Of a stretch of 64,000 nt of DNA, positions 1 to 13,145 are shown piece by piece. Position 1 is the first letter of the stretch. The number at the start of each line of letters is the position of its first letter. Under the pieces are notes generated by a model. The model was given only the letters and a program-made list of their open reading frames with translations, did not search any database and was not told the DNA's origin. The DNA comes from Eledone cirrhosa (Eukaryota): the NCBI GenBank assembly GCA_964016885.1, contig OZ024744.1, positions 75,950,001 to 76,014,000 of the forward strand. Reading direction: 5' to 3'. Both the position numbers and the translations under genes were made by a program.

Positions 1-187
1 TAGATCTAAGATGATTAGAGTTAAAACTTACGTAATTTAGATTCTCACTCATTAATTTTATGGAAAGGATAATAAAGCCCCTATTTACTCCAGAAATTTG
101 TAGAGTGCTCTGAATCAGTTATAAACATTTATATTTGTTGAATTTCCAACAAATTAAATATCCCTTCCACTTATATATATATATATG

Positions 188-259
<72 letters not shown>

Positions 260-266
<7 letters not shown>

Positions 267-347
267 AAAAAGGGATGAAATCGAAAATGCAACTGAAGTC
301 TTATAAGACTTCAGTTGCATTTTCGATTTCATCCCTTTTTCTTTATA
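260..347. repeat. Perfect 88-bp palindrome adjoining a (TA)n tract
   Basis: Centre cttataag at 303/304; both strands translate to the same KEKGMKSKMQLKSYKTSVAFSISSLFLY. Confidence 0.95.
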
Positions 348-402
348 CTTCCATTCGTGTAGGACACCTCGGTTATTTTTCATTTTGTAAAAAAAACCTC
401 AC

Positions 403-463
<61 letters not shown>

Positions 464-469
464 CATACA

Positions 470-1212
470 TATATATATATATAAAACTGAAGTTGTCTGT
501 GTGTGTGTGTCCTAATTTTGGCAAAGTCTATACAAATTCACATTTCTACTCCGATTGACTTCAAACTTGCATTTATATATTCCTTGCGGTCTAAAGATAT
601 TAACTGCACATTTTATTTTTCAATTTTCTGTTGTTAAAGACGTTTTTTTCACTAAAACTTTAGGCCTTTTTTGTCAGTTCGTTCGGAAATTTTGACTACA
701 ATGTACAATTCTTTAGTATTTTGAAAGAGTTACCTCTCTTTATAGACTATGTTATCCCTACTTAAACGTACAGCCCTTGAAATTGTTGATGGTGACCCCA
801 ATGGTAATTCCGAAGCGTTCGGCATCCGATATAACATTTCGGTCTATATTAGATTTTTGTAACCTTAAATGTATCCAACTAAATTCCTTCATGCTCTCCA
901 CCACTGCTCTCCCACATGCTTACTGCTCTGTAACTATTGCTTTCATTGTACCATAGCACAACAAATACATGTTCGGTTTGTCGAATGCCTTTTTACTTAA
1001 CCCTATCGTCTTGGCTTTCGTGGGTTGAACATTTTACTCTCAGGCACCCAATTAAGTTAAACCCCTGGTAATCTACGACGAGCATAAGCACAAAATGTAG
1101 ACACCATCCCCAGGCCGAGGTATTCCGTACTTCTCTGTACTGTTTCAGAAAGGAGGGATAAACCTGCCAATCTATGTTTAGAAGCCCGAGCAACGCCGGA
1201 CCATTTTGCTAG
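470..1212 (+). mobile_element. Probable non-autonomous Helitron-like element
   Basis: Starts ATATATAAAACTGAAGTTGTCTGTGTGTG; ends with GC-rich subterminal motif CCCGAGCAACGCCGG followed by CTAG|T at 1209-1213, a Helitron-type 3' end. Confidence 0.55.
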
Positions 1213-1329
1213 TATATATAAATATTTAATATAGAAATGGCTTCAATGAAGCCATTTATAAATTAAATAGTTATACTCTGCTTTGTATTGAGTACTTTAC
1301 TTACTGTGGTTACCCCTGATTGAACCCGG

Positions 1330-2600
1330 CATAAACTTCGATGAAGTTATACAAAGACTCACCAAATCCAACCAGACCAACTTAGATTCAATAGTTATGC
1401 CTTTAGCCACAATGTTGTCTCTCTCTACACTACAGTCCCTGTTCACTCAGCTATCAACCTATTGACTGACTGCATAGTCTCTGAGAACATTTACCGCTAG
1501 GGACTCCACCTGACAGACATACACCAGCTTCTAACTATCACAGTGGATAATACTTACTTCACCACCACCACACAAGCAGACAGACAACAGGACTACCTAT
1601 GGGATCCAGCCTATCGGGCCTGCTGGCCATCACATATGAACCAGCTGGAACGTTGGGCCCTGAACACCTGCGACTCTTGTGCCTTCTTCAGCCGATATGT
1701 AGATAAAATACTCATCTTTACACCATCCCGTGAAGAAGCGGACAAAATGTACACGGCATTCTCCAGCATGGACGTTACCATAAGGGTCAGCATGGAACAC
1801 CATGGTGACACTGGATCCTTCTCCTTGCTAGACTTCCAGCTCAGGCTAATGGAAGAAGGCAGCATCCACACCGGCTTCTACAGAAAAAACACTAGCAGGG
1901 ACGTGTTCGCTCATATTAAATCGGCCCTCCTCCTTGGTGCCAAGTCCGGACACATAAGGAAAGAACTGACACGTATCCGGAATAAATGCAGCACCACAGG
2001 AGACCGAAACACGCACACCACACACTTCTTGGAAGTGCTTAAGCTAAACGGTTGCCCGACATCCATCGTGACCCGCGTTAGAAATAGGAAACACCACATT
2101 CGAAGCACGAACTCCACCAACACCTGCTTCCTGAAGCTCCCTCATTTCAGTGATGGCACAACTACAGCCACCCGCAGAGAAGGGCCAGACTTACAAATAG
2201 TTCACTCCGAGCTTCAACTAAGCGAACAACTGTTCAGGAAAAGATCTAGAGACCACAACGGACACTGCATAGAGGCCAACTGTCCCATCGATAACATATT
2301 CCATCAAGCATACCTCGTGTACCGAGTCCAGTGTAATAAATGTAACGACTTCTATATAGGCAGCACCACCAGAAAACTACACATCAGGATTAAGGAACAT
2401 ATTAACACTAATGCTTCCTCATTCAAAAAATTCTTAGAGAAATGTAAAAACACTACCAAAAACATAATAGTTAAGGTAGAAACAAGAGAAAGGAATCTAG
2501 CAACCTAAGAATTAAGGAAGCATTAATCATAGCTAGAAAAGAACCCACAAATCAATAACAGATTAGAATTAAGCATACAACACTTAACTTAGAAGACCAC
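1330..2600 (+). mobile_element. Decayed Penelope-like retroelement (RT + GIY-YIG endonuclease)
   Basis: Upstream frame NVVSLYTTVP (RT motif A), shifted frame GLPMGSSLSGLLA, RYVDK (mutated YVDD), LLDFQL, FYRK, then VYRVQCNKCNDFYIGSTTRKLHIRIKEH (GIY-YIG); premature stop at 2506-2508 followed by RIKEALII. Confidence 0.93.
1543..2508 (+). pseudogene. Penelope RT/GIY-YIG ORF remnant (321 aa, frameshifted)
   Basis: ORF track; catalytic YVDD degraded to YVDK; frameshifts around 1575-1640. Confidence 0.85.
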
Positions 2601-3181
2601 TGGACTTTACACAGAGGGATAAATATGGGCCCGCATGCGAGCATGTTGATGCGTAATAATATACCTAAGTTTTATATGCATGAGAGCACGTACATTTGTA
2701 TAGGTGTATCATCATCATCATTTTACGTCCGCTTTTCCCTGCTTGCAAGGGAAACTGTCAATATGCGTTCATGTGTTTATACTATTATATTCATGCATCT
2801 ATGTGCATTTGTGTACGTGTGGATCAGCGTGTATTAGTATGTATATGTTTATGTAGTTTATGTATATGTTTATGTAGATTTAAAAGGAAATAACTCTGCT
2901 CCCCTTGACTTGTCAAGACCCTTAATTTTATTAAAACAAAAGAGGTTGAAAAAACAACAAAAAAAAAACACTTCCGGCCACATGGTATAGTGCGCTTCAT
3001 TGAACACTGGACTAGTACCTTTTATTTTCCTCAGAAAATTAATAAATTAAGGTAAAACAAACAATACCCTGTTTCACTTTTTATTTATTCATTCATTTCA
3101 CATTGTGGTGGCTTTCGAACTTCAAATTTTATATATAAACTAGAAATTCCTCCATATATATATATCTATATATATATATAA

Positions 3182-3250
<69 letters not shown>

Positions 3251-3513
3251 GACGTGAGGCATTGTAACAACATGCAGCTTCATTCGTCTCTGGGTCAAAT
3301 AGATAAACACATTTTTTTCTCTGTTTTTTTCTTTGCTTGTTTCCTTAAAGTTTACCACCATTCCGGTGGTATATATCTATTACGCAATTTACACCTGAAG
3401 ATGTCACCGGGTTCTTATGCAGCCTGGCCACTGAAATGTGCATAGTGTTTGCAGAAATATATAATCAAGGAAATTCAACATATTTGGCCTCCTGTCATTT
3501 CACTCTATAGTAT

Positions 3514-3598
<85 letters not shown>

Positions 3599-4018
3599 AT
3601 TGCACACTCACACACACACACACACATATATGTATATGGGTTGAGGAAGGCGAGGCTGTGTGGTTACTGATAACGACTCTTAGAAGGTAAGGCAACACAA
3701 ACAATAGATGGACAGTTTCCCTTCGTCAGCTGTTTACTCGGATCATGGATGTTTCGGTAAACAGAACATCGATCCATAGCGCACCCATGGCCTTTTATGT
3801 ATCAAAAAGCCATGAGGGTAAGAAGTGATAGCGAAGAGAGAGAAAGAAAAAAAAAGGGGGAGAAGAAAAAAGGGAAAAAACGAAGTAAACAAACTGATAG
3901 AAAGGGGAACACAGGACAATGGCACATGTATGTAAGTAACCTAAGACAAAATAGATCAACTTCAAAAAAGCCGTTGGGTTTATGCCCGGGAGCCATAATA
4001 AAGAGGTGCAGATAATTC

Positions 4019-4052
<34 letters not shown>

Positions 4053-4060
<8 letters not shown>

Positions 4061-4658
4061 ACTAGAAATTGATTGACATATAAATAAACATATGAAACAA
4101 TCACAGGGGATAATTTGTAAAAGTGTGTAAGCACACATAGCTAGGTAGGTAATTAAATAAAGTTTAACTAGTACTTCAAAAATAGATACCTTATAATTTG
4201 ATTAATCTTCCTCGTATATATTCCATTAAAGAAATATATTTCACCAATTAATCGATTGGTAAATGAGAGTAGACAGATCCTGGATTTTCAACAAGGAAGA
4301 GGTCCAAGCTGGGACGAAGCTGGTATGATGTGTGTATTTTTAGTGGATTCAGCACGTGTTACTGGCCAGTCGCTGATTTGAACTTGATGCGTAAACACAG
4401 ATGGTTGGACCTCTTCCTTGTTGAAAATCCAGGATCTGTCTACTGTCGTTTACCAATCGATTAATTGGTGAAATATATTTCTTTAATGGAATATATACGA
4501 GGAAGATTAATCAAATTATAAGGTATCTATTTTTGAAGTTCTAGTTAAACTTTATTTAGTTACCTACCTAGCTATGTGTGCTTACACACTTTTACAAATT
4601 ATCCCCTGTGATTGTTTCATATGTTTATTTATATGTCAATCAATTTGTAGTTGATATA
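4053..4658. repeat. Long inverted repeat, ~255-bp arms and ~97-bp spacer
   Basis: 4053-4307 is the near-exact reverse complement of 4405-4658, with only a few mismatches; left end abuts (TA)n. Confidence 0.95.
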
Positions 4659-4785
4659 AAATGCTCGGATCTACTCATTAGAATCTTGGAGTATATTTTA
4701 CGGGTGATATGGCGCATGTCTATCTGGCATGACACCTTTAATTTAATTTGATTTAATTTAATTTAATTCAATTTATCTTAATTTT

Positions 4786-4853
<68 letters not shown>

Positions 4854-5045
4854 ACTTGGCAAGCTATTTAGAACACTGGTTTAACCGCTTTACTTCCCTC
4901 CGAAGAAGAGATATTATCTCGAAAATTAAGGACATTTAAATAAATCTAAGGTAAAAGACTAATTGTCAACAATATCTTTTGCATTTGCATTCTTTATTCT
5001 ATGTCCATACCTGCAATGTTTTGGCTTTATTATACATATACAAAC

Positions 5046-5124
<79 letters not shown>

Positions 5125-5231
5125 AGTGTGTATGTGTGTGTGTGTGTAAAAGGTAAACAGAAATAACAACACCGATCGGTACAGCATATAGAAGGAATAT
5201 ATTAGGTTAACGCTTGAAATACCAGGAAGAG

Positions 5232-5270
5232 GGTCTTAACGTTTCGGACGCTAGTCCTTCATCAGAATGC
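5232..5270 (-). ncRNA. Minimal type I hammerhead ribozyme motif (Penelope pLTR type)
   Basis: Minus strand ATT-CTGATGA-A-GGAC-TAGC-GTCC-GAAAC-GTT-AAGAC: complete CUGAnGA/GAAA core, 4-bp stem II, palindromic AACGTT stem III; stem I weak. Confidence 0.65.
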
Positions 5271-5427
5271 GAAATTAGATAGACTGAAGGGACGGGTGGG
5301 TTGGAATTGGAAAAAATGTTTTTAGCTAAAAATAACAGGTCCATTCATGTTGACGCACACACATACCCCCCCCCCACATACACTCACACTCACACACATA
5401 CACACACAAACATATATATATATATAA

Positions 5428-5604
5428 AGCCTCCATTTTGGCAACCTCCAGATTACCAACATCCATGTTTGTAACCTCCATTCTCGGCCTCCATGTTGGC
5501 AACCTCCATGTTAGCAAGCTTAATATTAGCAACATCAATGCTGCCAAGCTCCATTTTAGCAACCTCCACGTTGGCAACCCCCATGTTAGCAAACTTTATG
5601 CTGC
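5428..5604. repeat. Degenerate 15-bp minisatellite (AACCTCCATGTTAGC), ~11 copies
   Basis: Visible 15-bp periodicity; gives pentapeptide-periodic ORFs on both strands. Confidence 0.8.
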
Positions 5605-5842
5605 AAATAAATACTGGTTGGTCGTAGTTGAAAGAAATGATACCGTGGCTTATTGAAAATTTTGCAAGGGGGATTATAAATGTAAAAATAGTCCGATATT
5701 TAATCAAAATATCATATTAACCCTTTAGCATTTACATTACTCTAAATTTACTATTGTATTTTCATGGTAAAGGCTTAACCTTACATAATTATCTCACATA
5801 ATATCAAAGCTATGAGATTATGATATTATTTATTTTGAGAAT

Positions 5843-6032
5843 AGGCGGTGGATTAGCAGTATCGGTAGAGGGTCGGACGCCATGCTTTGACGCATAGAGT
5901 TACGGCCCTTGCCATTCTGAGTTCAAATCCCGCCGAGGTTAACTTTGCCTTTCATCCTTACGGGGTCGATAAAATAAAGTACCAGTAATACACTGGTTAA
6001 TTGCTGGCCTTGTGCCTAACGTAGAAACAATT
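5843..6032 (+). mobile_element. tRNA-derived SINE (family S1), full length with TSD
   Basis: A-box-like GGCGGTGGATTAGCAGTATCGG, B-box GAGTTCAAATCC, central GCCTTTCATCCTTACGGGGTCGATAAAATAAAGTACCAG, tail GAAACAATTATT; flanked by a TTATTT(A/G)TTTTGAGAAT duplication. Confidence 0.9.
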
Positions 6033-6109
6033 ATTTGTTTTGAGAATAAATAATATCATAATCTCACCGATATGATATTATTTATTTTGAGAATAAATAA
6101 TATCATATC

Positions 6110-6300
6110 AGTGGATTGGCAGTATCGGTAGAGGGTCGGACGCCATGCTTTGCAGGAAAGAGTTACGGCCCTTGCCATTTTGAGTTTAAATCCCGCCGAA
6201 GTTAACTTTGCCTTTCATCCTTACAGGGTCGATAAAATAAAGTACCAGTAATACACTGGGATAATTGCTGACCTTGTGCCAAAAGTAGAAACAATTATTT
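6110..6300 (+). mobile_element. SINE S1 copy (tandem with the previous copy)
   Basis: Highly similar to 5843-6032, including flanking sequence. Confidence 0.9.
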
Positions 6301-6571
6301 ATTTTGAGAATAATATTGGTATGAGCGACCAGTTACAACCAGTTTGGACAGAAAGAGGTGAGAGAATTCTGGCCAGATATGGCCAGTTTAAATGCCAAAG
6401 GGTTAATGTATCATTAGTTCATTATGTTAAGTCTAAATTCAATGAAAATGTAAGAGTTAAAGGCACTATTGCTATATGCGTTTTCATCTGTCATAGCGCA
6501 AAAATGAATTGCAGTCAGTTAGTTGATATATGTAAATATAACACTGAAATTATTAAAATGATGTAAAAAGG

Positions 6572-7045
<474 letters not shown>

Positions 7046-7109
7046 CAATACTGAATACAGTGTACAGAAAATGTTCAGAAAGTGTACAGAAAGTATTTAA
7101 AAAAAAAGA

Positions 7110-7220
7110 ATGTAGACCTCCGAGCAAGATGGTTGGATAACATTCATGAGCTCGGCTTGTCTCGTTTGGAGATCCAGCTGCTTTTGACAGGACCTGCTCT
7201 CTCCATGACCCTCTCGGGGA
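7110..7220 (+). mobile_element. RTE LINE 3'-end fragment
   Basis: Similar to 10250-10345 (RPPSKMVG/ARWLDNIHELG frame); followed by (AAG)n/(GAT)n. Confidence 0.55.
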
Positions 7221-7945
7221 GAAGAAGAAGAAGAAGATGATGATGATGATGATGATGTTGATGATGATCACCATCATCATCATCATCATCAGCATGTTCA
7301 ACGTTCAATTTGAGCATGGTTTGATTAGTGACACAGGATATGGATACGTTACATGATATCAGTTTTGGGAAAATTCTTGGAATGGCTATAAAATACTTTA
7401 GTAAAACATAAAATAGTTTTATCTCTCTATATCTATCTTGGTTTGCTGAGATGAACTAAAATCTGAAATAATAAGAGAAAATAGTAAATAGAAAAAATAA
7501 AATATTGTAATTATTGTTAAACATATTGGCAGTATCATATTTTAGAATTAACAATGGTGTATAGCACAAGAAGTTAAGGCATATGGCTTAGAGGTTAAAG
7601 TGTTGGACTCACAATTGTGAGGTTATGAGGTTGTGAGGTTGTAAGTTTAATTCTAGAACCGGGCTCTGTGTTGTATCTTTGAGCAAGGTACTAGATTTGA
7701 CGTTGCTCCATTTCACCTTTTGGTTTTCACTTCAATTTATTACAAATTTCCGGTTGGTTGGTTTAATAACCGGATGGTTGTTTATTTATTGTCAAAGCCC
7801 TTTCGTGACACACTCTATGACCTCCTCAGTGTCTCCCCTTTCTTCTGTCCTAGGCTACACCATCTTGTTATCTCTGTATATATCTTGGTTTGCTGAGATG
7901 AAATAAATGTGACAACAGTAGAGTAAGAGCTTTAAAATCTGAAAT

Positions 7946-8122
7946 AATTGTTTCTACTTTTGGCACAAGGCCAGCAATTACCCAGTACATTACTGGTACT
8001 TTATTTTATCGACTCCGTAAGGATGAAAGGCAAAGTTAACCTCGGTGGGATTTGAACTCAGAATGGCAAGGGCCGTAACTCTATGCGTCAAAGCATGGCG
8101 CCCGACCCTCTACGGATGCTGG
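7946..8122 (-). mobile_element. SINE S1 copy inserted into a locally duplicated segment
   Basis: Reverse-complement S1; flanks match the uninterrupted sequence at 7458-7480. Confidence 0.88.
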
Positions 8123-8425
8123 AGAGAAAATAGTAAATAGAAAAAATAAAATATTGTAATTATTGTTAAAGATATTGCCAGTGTCATATTTTAGAATTAA
8201 CAATGGTGTATAGCACAAGAAACAAGGAGTGAAGGCATGTGGCTTAGAAGTTAGAGTGTTAAGCATGAGGTTGTAAGTTCGATTTTCGGACCGGGCTGTG
8301 TTGTGTCCTTGAGAAAGACACTTGATTTGACGTTGTTTCAGTACACTCTACTGAAAAAAATGAGTTGCGACGTCACTGGTGCCAAACTGTATCGGCTTCT
8401 GTCTTTCCCGTCATATACAGTGGAT

Positions 8426-8472
<47 letters not shown>

Positions 8473-8553
8473 CGACGGAGGTGTGGTAAGGAACCAGATG
8501 GACCATAACGCACCAGAGTACTCAATACTTAGGGTAGTAGAGTGGGTAATAGG

Positions 8554-8633
8554 AAAATGTTTGACCCCGACGGCAGAGCTCGTCCAGAAATAGCCGTCGA
8601 AACGGCTTGAGCTCTGCCGTCTGGGTCAAACAT
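8554..8633. repeat. GC-rich hairpin between (TA)n tracts
   Basis: ATGTTTGACCCCGACGGCAGAGCTC ... GAGCTCTGCCGTCTGGGTCAAACAT, with internal AGCCGT-CGAA-ACGGCT stem-loop. Confidence 0.85.
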
Positions 8634-8652
8634 GTTCATATATATCTATATC

Positions 8653-8683
<31 letters not shown>

Positions 8684-8765
8684 AAAATAATAAATTAGAA
8701 GACTAAAATCCAAAGAGGGCTCATAAGGATAAATATATATAAAATATATAAGAACCGTAGAGCAA

Positions 8766-8910
8766 ATATTTATTAAAATAACAGATTCAAGTTTAAGCAA
8801 AGAATCGCTGCTTTCACCCTTAACGGGATCTTCTGAGTTTCAGAAGATCCCGTTAAGGGTGAAAGCAGCGATTATTTGCTTAAACTTTAATCTGTTATTT
8901 TCATAAATAT
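8766..8910. repeat. ~145-bp near-perfect palindrome
   Basis: Arms 8766-8836 and 8840-8910 around a 3-nt loop; a related half-copy lies at 33518-33570. Confidence 0.9.
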
Positions 8911-9734
8911 CTATCTATATATATATATGGAAAGTTATATTTAAAATTGTTGGGTTACAACTAGTAAATATTTATAACTGATATAAAAGCACTCGACAAA
9001 TATCATTTATTTAATATTGCATCTATATATATATATATTTATTTATATATATATAGTGTATATGTCTCTCTCTCTCTCCCTCTCTCCCTCTCTCCCTCTC
9101 TCTCTCTCTATATATATATATATGTGTGTATGTGTATATATATATATATGTTGTATATATCGTGTATCTCTCTCTCTATATATATATATAGTGTATATAT
9201 CATGTATTTATGAGTTGCGACATCACTGGTGCCAAGTTGTATCGGCCTTTGCCATTTTCTTTGACTACATCAGTGGTATGGAGGGGAAGAGAGAAGACTT
9301 GTATGGACGGGCGACTGCTTGTCTTCCACGAAAACACTTTGCTTGGATTTGTACCTCGGAGGAGAACTTTCTAGGTGCAAAATCCTTGGTCATTCGTTAC
9401 CGAAGGCGGTCTTTACTCATTACTGTTTATATCAAAAGATTGAAGCTAAAAATTCCTTCTTATATTTTAACTAGATATGTATGTCACTCACATCAGTTAA
9501 CAATGTCTCGTGTTTCGGCCGACTGTCAACCAAGAAGTTTGGAATAATCTTATATCAGAAACACCCAAATGGTTTTCTTTCCCAACCCTTAAGAGAAAAT
9601 GGATTATGAGAAAAAAAAAAAAGAAAAACGCTTATACCAGACAATTAATGATGGGGAAATCCCATTAAACCACTTCTGAACTGCGTCTTATCTATAAAAC
9701 CATCTGTAGAAATGATAATATTAATATTAATAAC

Positions 9735-9796
<62 letters not shown>

Positions 9797-9859
9797 CGAC
9801 GACAACAACAACAACAACAACAACAACTACTGCTACTACTACTACTGCTGCTGCTGCTG

Positions 9860-9916
<57 letters not shown>

Positions 9917-10169
9917 AACAATGGCTTGTATTTAACCCTTTAGCATTTACATTACTCTATATTTACTATTGTATTTTCATGGTGAAGGCTCCACTCCACA
10001 TAATTATCGCACATAATATCGAATCTATGAGATTTTGATATTATTTATTTTGAGAACAATACCTTAACATCAGTATGAGTGGCCGGTTACAGCCGGGTTG
10101 AACAGAAAGAAGTGAGATAATTCTGGCCGGATATGGTCGGTTTAATACACAATTTGAAATTATGAGAAA

Positions 10170-10345
10170 CAGGCGTATACTTAGACCGTCTCAGGAAAAG
10201 AATCGCTGGACAGATTTTACGGACAAAACCAACCGGCAAGAGACCCAGGGGTAGACTCCGAGCAAGATGGCTGGATAACATCTATGAGCTTGGCTGGTCT
10301 TTGGAGATGGTGCTTCTGACAGGACCCGTTGGAAGGAGTACTTTA
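10170..10345 (+). mobile_element. RTE LINE 3'-end fragment
   Basis: Translates RIAGQILRTKPTGKRPRGRLRARWLDNIYELG...ASDRTRW, a typical RTE C-terminus; followed by a TTC/TTA tail. Confidence 0.75.
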
Positions 10346-10750
10346 GGACTTTGCCCTCACGACTTTTTCTTCTTATTATTATTATTCTTCTGCTTCTTCC
10401 CCCCTCCTCCTCCTCCTCCTCCTCCCTCCCCTTTCCAACCTTCTTCTTCTTCTTCTTCTTCTTCTTCTTCTTCTTCTTCTTCTTCTTCTTCTTCTTCTTC
10501 TTCTTCTTCTTCTAAGTTAATGAATTAAGTTGTAATATTGAAGTATATTGAAATCCCAGTGGCTGAAGCCCCTCTCAGACTGGGGTTGTAGTGTCTGCCC
10601 CCCCCCACCCTCATTCTTTCGCTGCCTGATCCCTTTTTGTTTTTTATTTACTTTTCTGTTCGCACTAGTAGTGTGTTTTCTTGTAGTTGCTTCTTATTAG
10701 ATAGTGCTCAATAATATTGCTTTATATAATGTCAATGTTTTTTTAGGATA

Positions 10751-10990
10751 TTGTAAAGTGGTTGTGATGGTGAAACGATAAAAAGCGTCCAGCCCACACT
10801 GGAAAGTAGTCGTGTAGGTGACACAACAAAGAAGTACCTCGTCCATACTGTAAAGTTGTCGTGTAGGTGTCAAAAAAAAAGCACCCTGTCCACACTGTAA
10901 AGTGGTCGTGAAGGTGTCACGAGAAAAAGTATCCAGCACACACTGTAAAGTGGTTGTGATGGTGACACGACAAAAAACGCCCAGCCCAGC
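10751..10990. repeat. ~48-bp tandem repeat, 5 diverged copies
   Basis: Recurring CACTGTAAAGTGGT(T/C)GTG..GGTG(A/T)CAC. Confidence 0.8.
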
Positions 10991-11781
10991 AATGTCAACA
11001 ATTTCTTTTATTAAAACAATGTTGTCTCTAATCGAGACGAAGCGAGAGTGTATTTGATAGAATACGTATAAAAACAAGAAACTCATTAACAGTAGTAAAA
11101 ACAACTAAATACTGTCAAAGACAGCACCAGAGGTGAGTGGTCAACAGAGAGACAATCCACAAGGGTGGGGTGAAATGCTGGCTTATTCAAACAGCCCAAA
11201 GAAAACTAACAATATTTTAGAAATTCTAAGAAATCTATCATTTTTCTCTGTCCGAAATGTTACCAAACCAACCAAAAAATACAACTTTCAAAATAGATGG
11301 TATATTTTGGTGCATCAAAACAATACATATCTATCGCTAAATTCCAATATAAAAGAAACGTCTAATTGTTGGAACGGAATCTCGACCAGGTGTTTTTTAT
11401 TTGGCTCTTCCTTAGACTAGTTTGGAATAGTAGACATTAATCTAAAGGGGTGGGGTGGGGTGGAGGTAGGAGGTATGTAAGCAGGAGTCTCTGTCTTTGA
11501 TATGCTGATAGTGAGGCTAGATATTTCGTAAGTGATAATAGATGGGCCGGAAAAAGTGGCATGTACATCGACAGTATCAGAATATTAGATTTAAAAAAAA
11601 AAAAAAAGAATTATTGATCCACTGTTGGTTTTGGACGATAAACATTCACTTGTACTATCAACTGAACGTCCGATTTATTAATCATCGAGTAAGTGGTTGA
11701 GCTCGAAGACCGACCTGCGTGGTAAAAAACCACATCCTACACGAAGTGCCTCTGATATGGCTATCATAGAATAGTCTAGCA

Positions 11782-12105
11782 CAGGGGTCCCCAACCCCCG
11801 GCCCGCGAAGGGTTTCAATCTGCCCCGCGAAGGCCTTTATCCTGCCCGCGAGGTTTCTAAAATGGGTACAGTTTGCAATAAATTCGCACCCGATCTATCG
11901 ATATTGCCGAATAAAACAATGTTTAAATGTATTTTTCTGCTTGGGACAGCTCTAAGTATCAATATTAAATTTTGTTTCAAATCTAACATAAGGGATAAAT
12001 AAATGATTACTTATTTGTATATAAGTAGTATTAATTGCGCATCCGGCCCGCGGAGCCACCGCTGTATGGCTATCCGGCCCGCGGACACAAAAGGCTGCAG
12101 GACAG
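11782..12105. mobile_element. hAT (Charlie-like) MITE
   Basis: Left TIR CAGGGGTCCCCAAC; repeated subterminal CCGGCCCGCG motifs at both ends; right TIR degenerate (AAAAGGCTGCAGGAC). Confidence 0.7.
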
Positions 12106-12764
12106 GTACGATGCCTATCATAGAATAGTCTACTCTAGTAGAACAGGTCAGATCTAGGAGAAGTAAGCCTCGATAAAATTCCTGCCTGTCTCATAGTAAG
12201 CTCATGCGACGATCATCAGTTTAATTAGATGATCTCGGCGTCTGGAACACCAGTGGCTTCCACATACACAATTCTTATCACAAAATCCGAGTCGACCAGA
12301 GGTTTTGATTAACACACTTGCACTTGCACGAAATGCCTCGCAGTGGGATCGAACTCGGGACCTCTGGTCTATACATTAAAGCATTAGAACAAAAGTTATT
12401 GATTCACTGTTGGTTTTGACGATGAGCATTCGTTGGTACCATCAACTGATCGCCCGATTTTTAAATCATTCATTTTGTAAGTGGTTGAAATTTCTTCAGA
12501 CACGTGCACCCATAACGAAAGTTTTATGCAGAATCAGAGTTATACAATATATGACAATATATTTTGAGATATTTATAAAATATATGTACAATACATACTA
12601 CGTGAATTAACACGCTATTCCGCTCATAAAGTTTGGGTCGACCCGAAGCTATAATAAACACAATACACACACATGCACAAGATGTCTCGCAATGGCATCG
12701 AACTCGGTACCTCATGATTATAAAGGTGGAATTTTTTAACCATCCAGTCATACTTGCATCATAG

Positions 12765-13040
12765 ACGGCGAATTGGCTGAGTCGTTAGAACGTCAGATAG
12801 AATGTTTTATGGTATTCGTTCCGACACTCGGAGTGCAAATACCTTTCGTCGTTTCGAGGTCGCTAAAAAAAGTAGCAGTCTAATATTGAGTTCTATTCTT
12901 CCTCTATATCTCTTTCTCATTTCTTCTCTTTCATTTTATATCTGGATGAAGTCTGCTGTACTCAGGCTTGGAGAGGGATAGACTCCGCCAGGCTTTAAAT
13001 GCCCAAGATACGCTGTATGTTAGTACGTGCCCTTACGACT
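12765..13040 (+). mobile_element. Long SINE variant (S3): S1-like head and core with a different 3' tail ending in (TACA)n
   Basis: Homologous to 31782-32115 (+) and 34445-34735 (-); tail CCTTACGACTCTATCAGGAGTTACGGAACCATACAT. Confidence 0.7.
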
Positions 13041-13145
13041 CTATCAGGAGTTACGGAACCATACATGCATACATACATACATACATACATACATACATAC
13101 ATACATACATACATACATACATACATACATACATACGTACATACA

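Larger units (their letters stand above)
8232..9420 (+). mobile_element. Second tRNA-derived SINE family (S2), split: 5' part 8232-8410, 3' part 9210-9420; another 5' part at 7577-7712
   Basis: TGGCTTAG A-box, GTTCGAT B-box, CORE-like TGTGTCCTTGAG(C/A)AAGACACT; ATGAGTTGCGAC(G/A)TCACTGGTGCCAA occurs at both 8360 and 9210. Confidence 0.6.

Noticed and set aside
1330-2600. Selenoprotein-type (Naiad) Penelope with recoded TGA
   Set aside because: The interruptions are frameshifts and a TAA stop, the catalytic motif is mutated, and no SECIS was recognised.
5843-5940. tRNA gene
   Set aside because: A and B boxes are present, but there is no cloverleaf and the sequence continues into a multi-copy SINE body.
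9017-9547. 176-aa ORF
   Set aside because: Made of microsatellite plus SINE S2 sequence, with no protein-like signal.
9712-10528. Poly-I, poly-T, poly-S and poly-P proteins (also poly-E and poly-K at 31203-31488 and 35142-35453)
   Set aside because: Trinucleotide microsatellites, often LINE tails.
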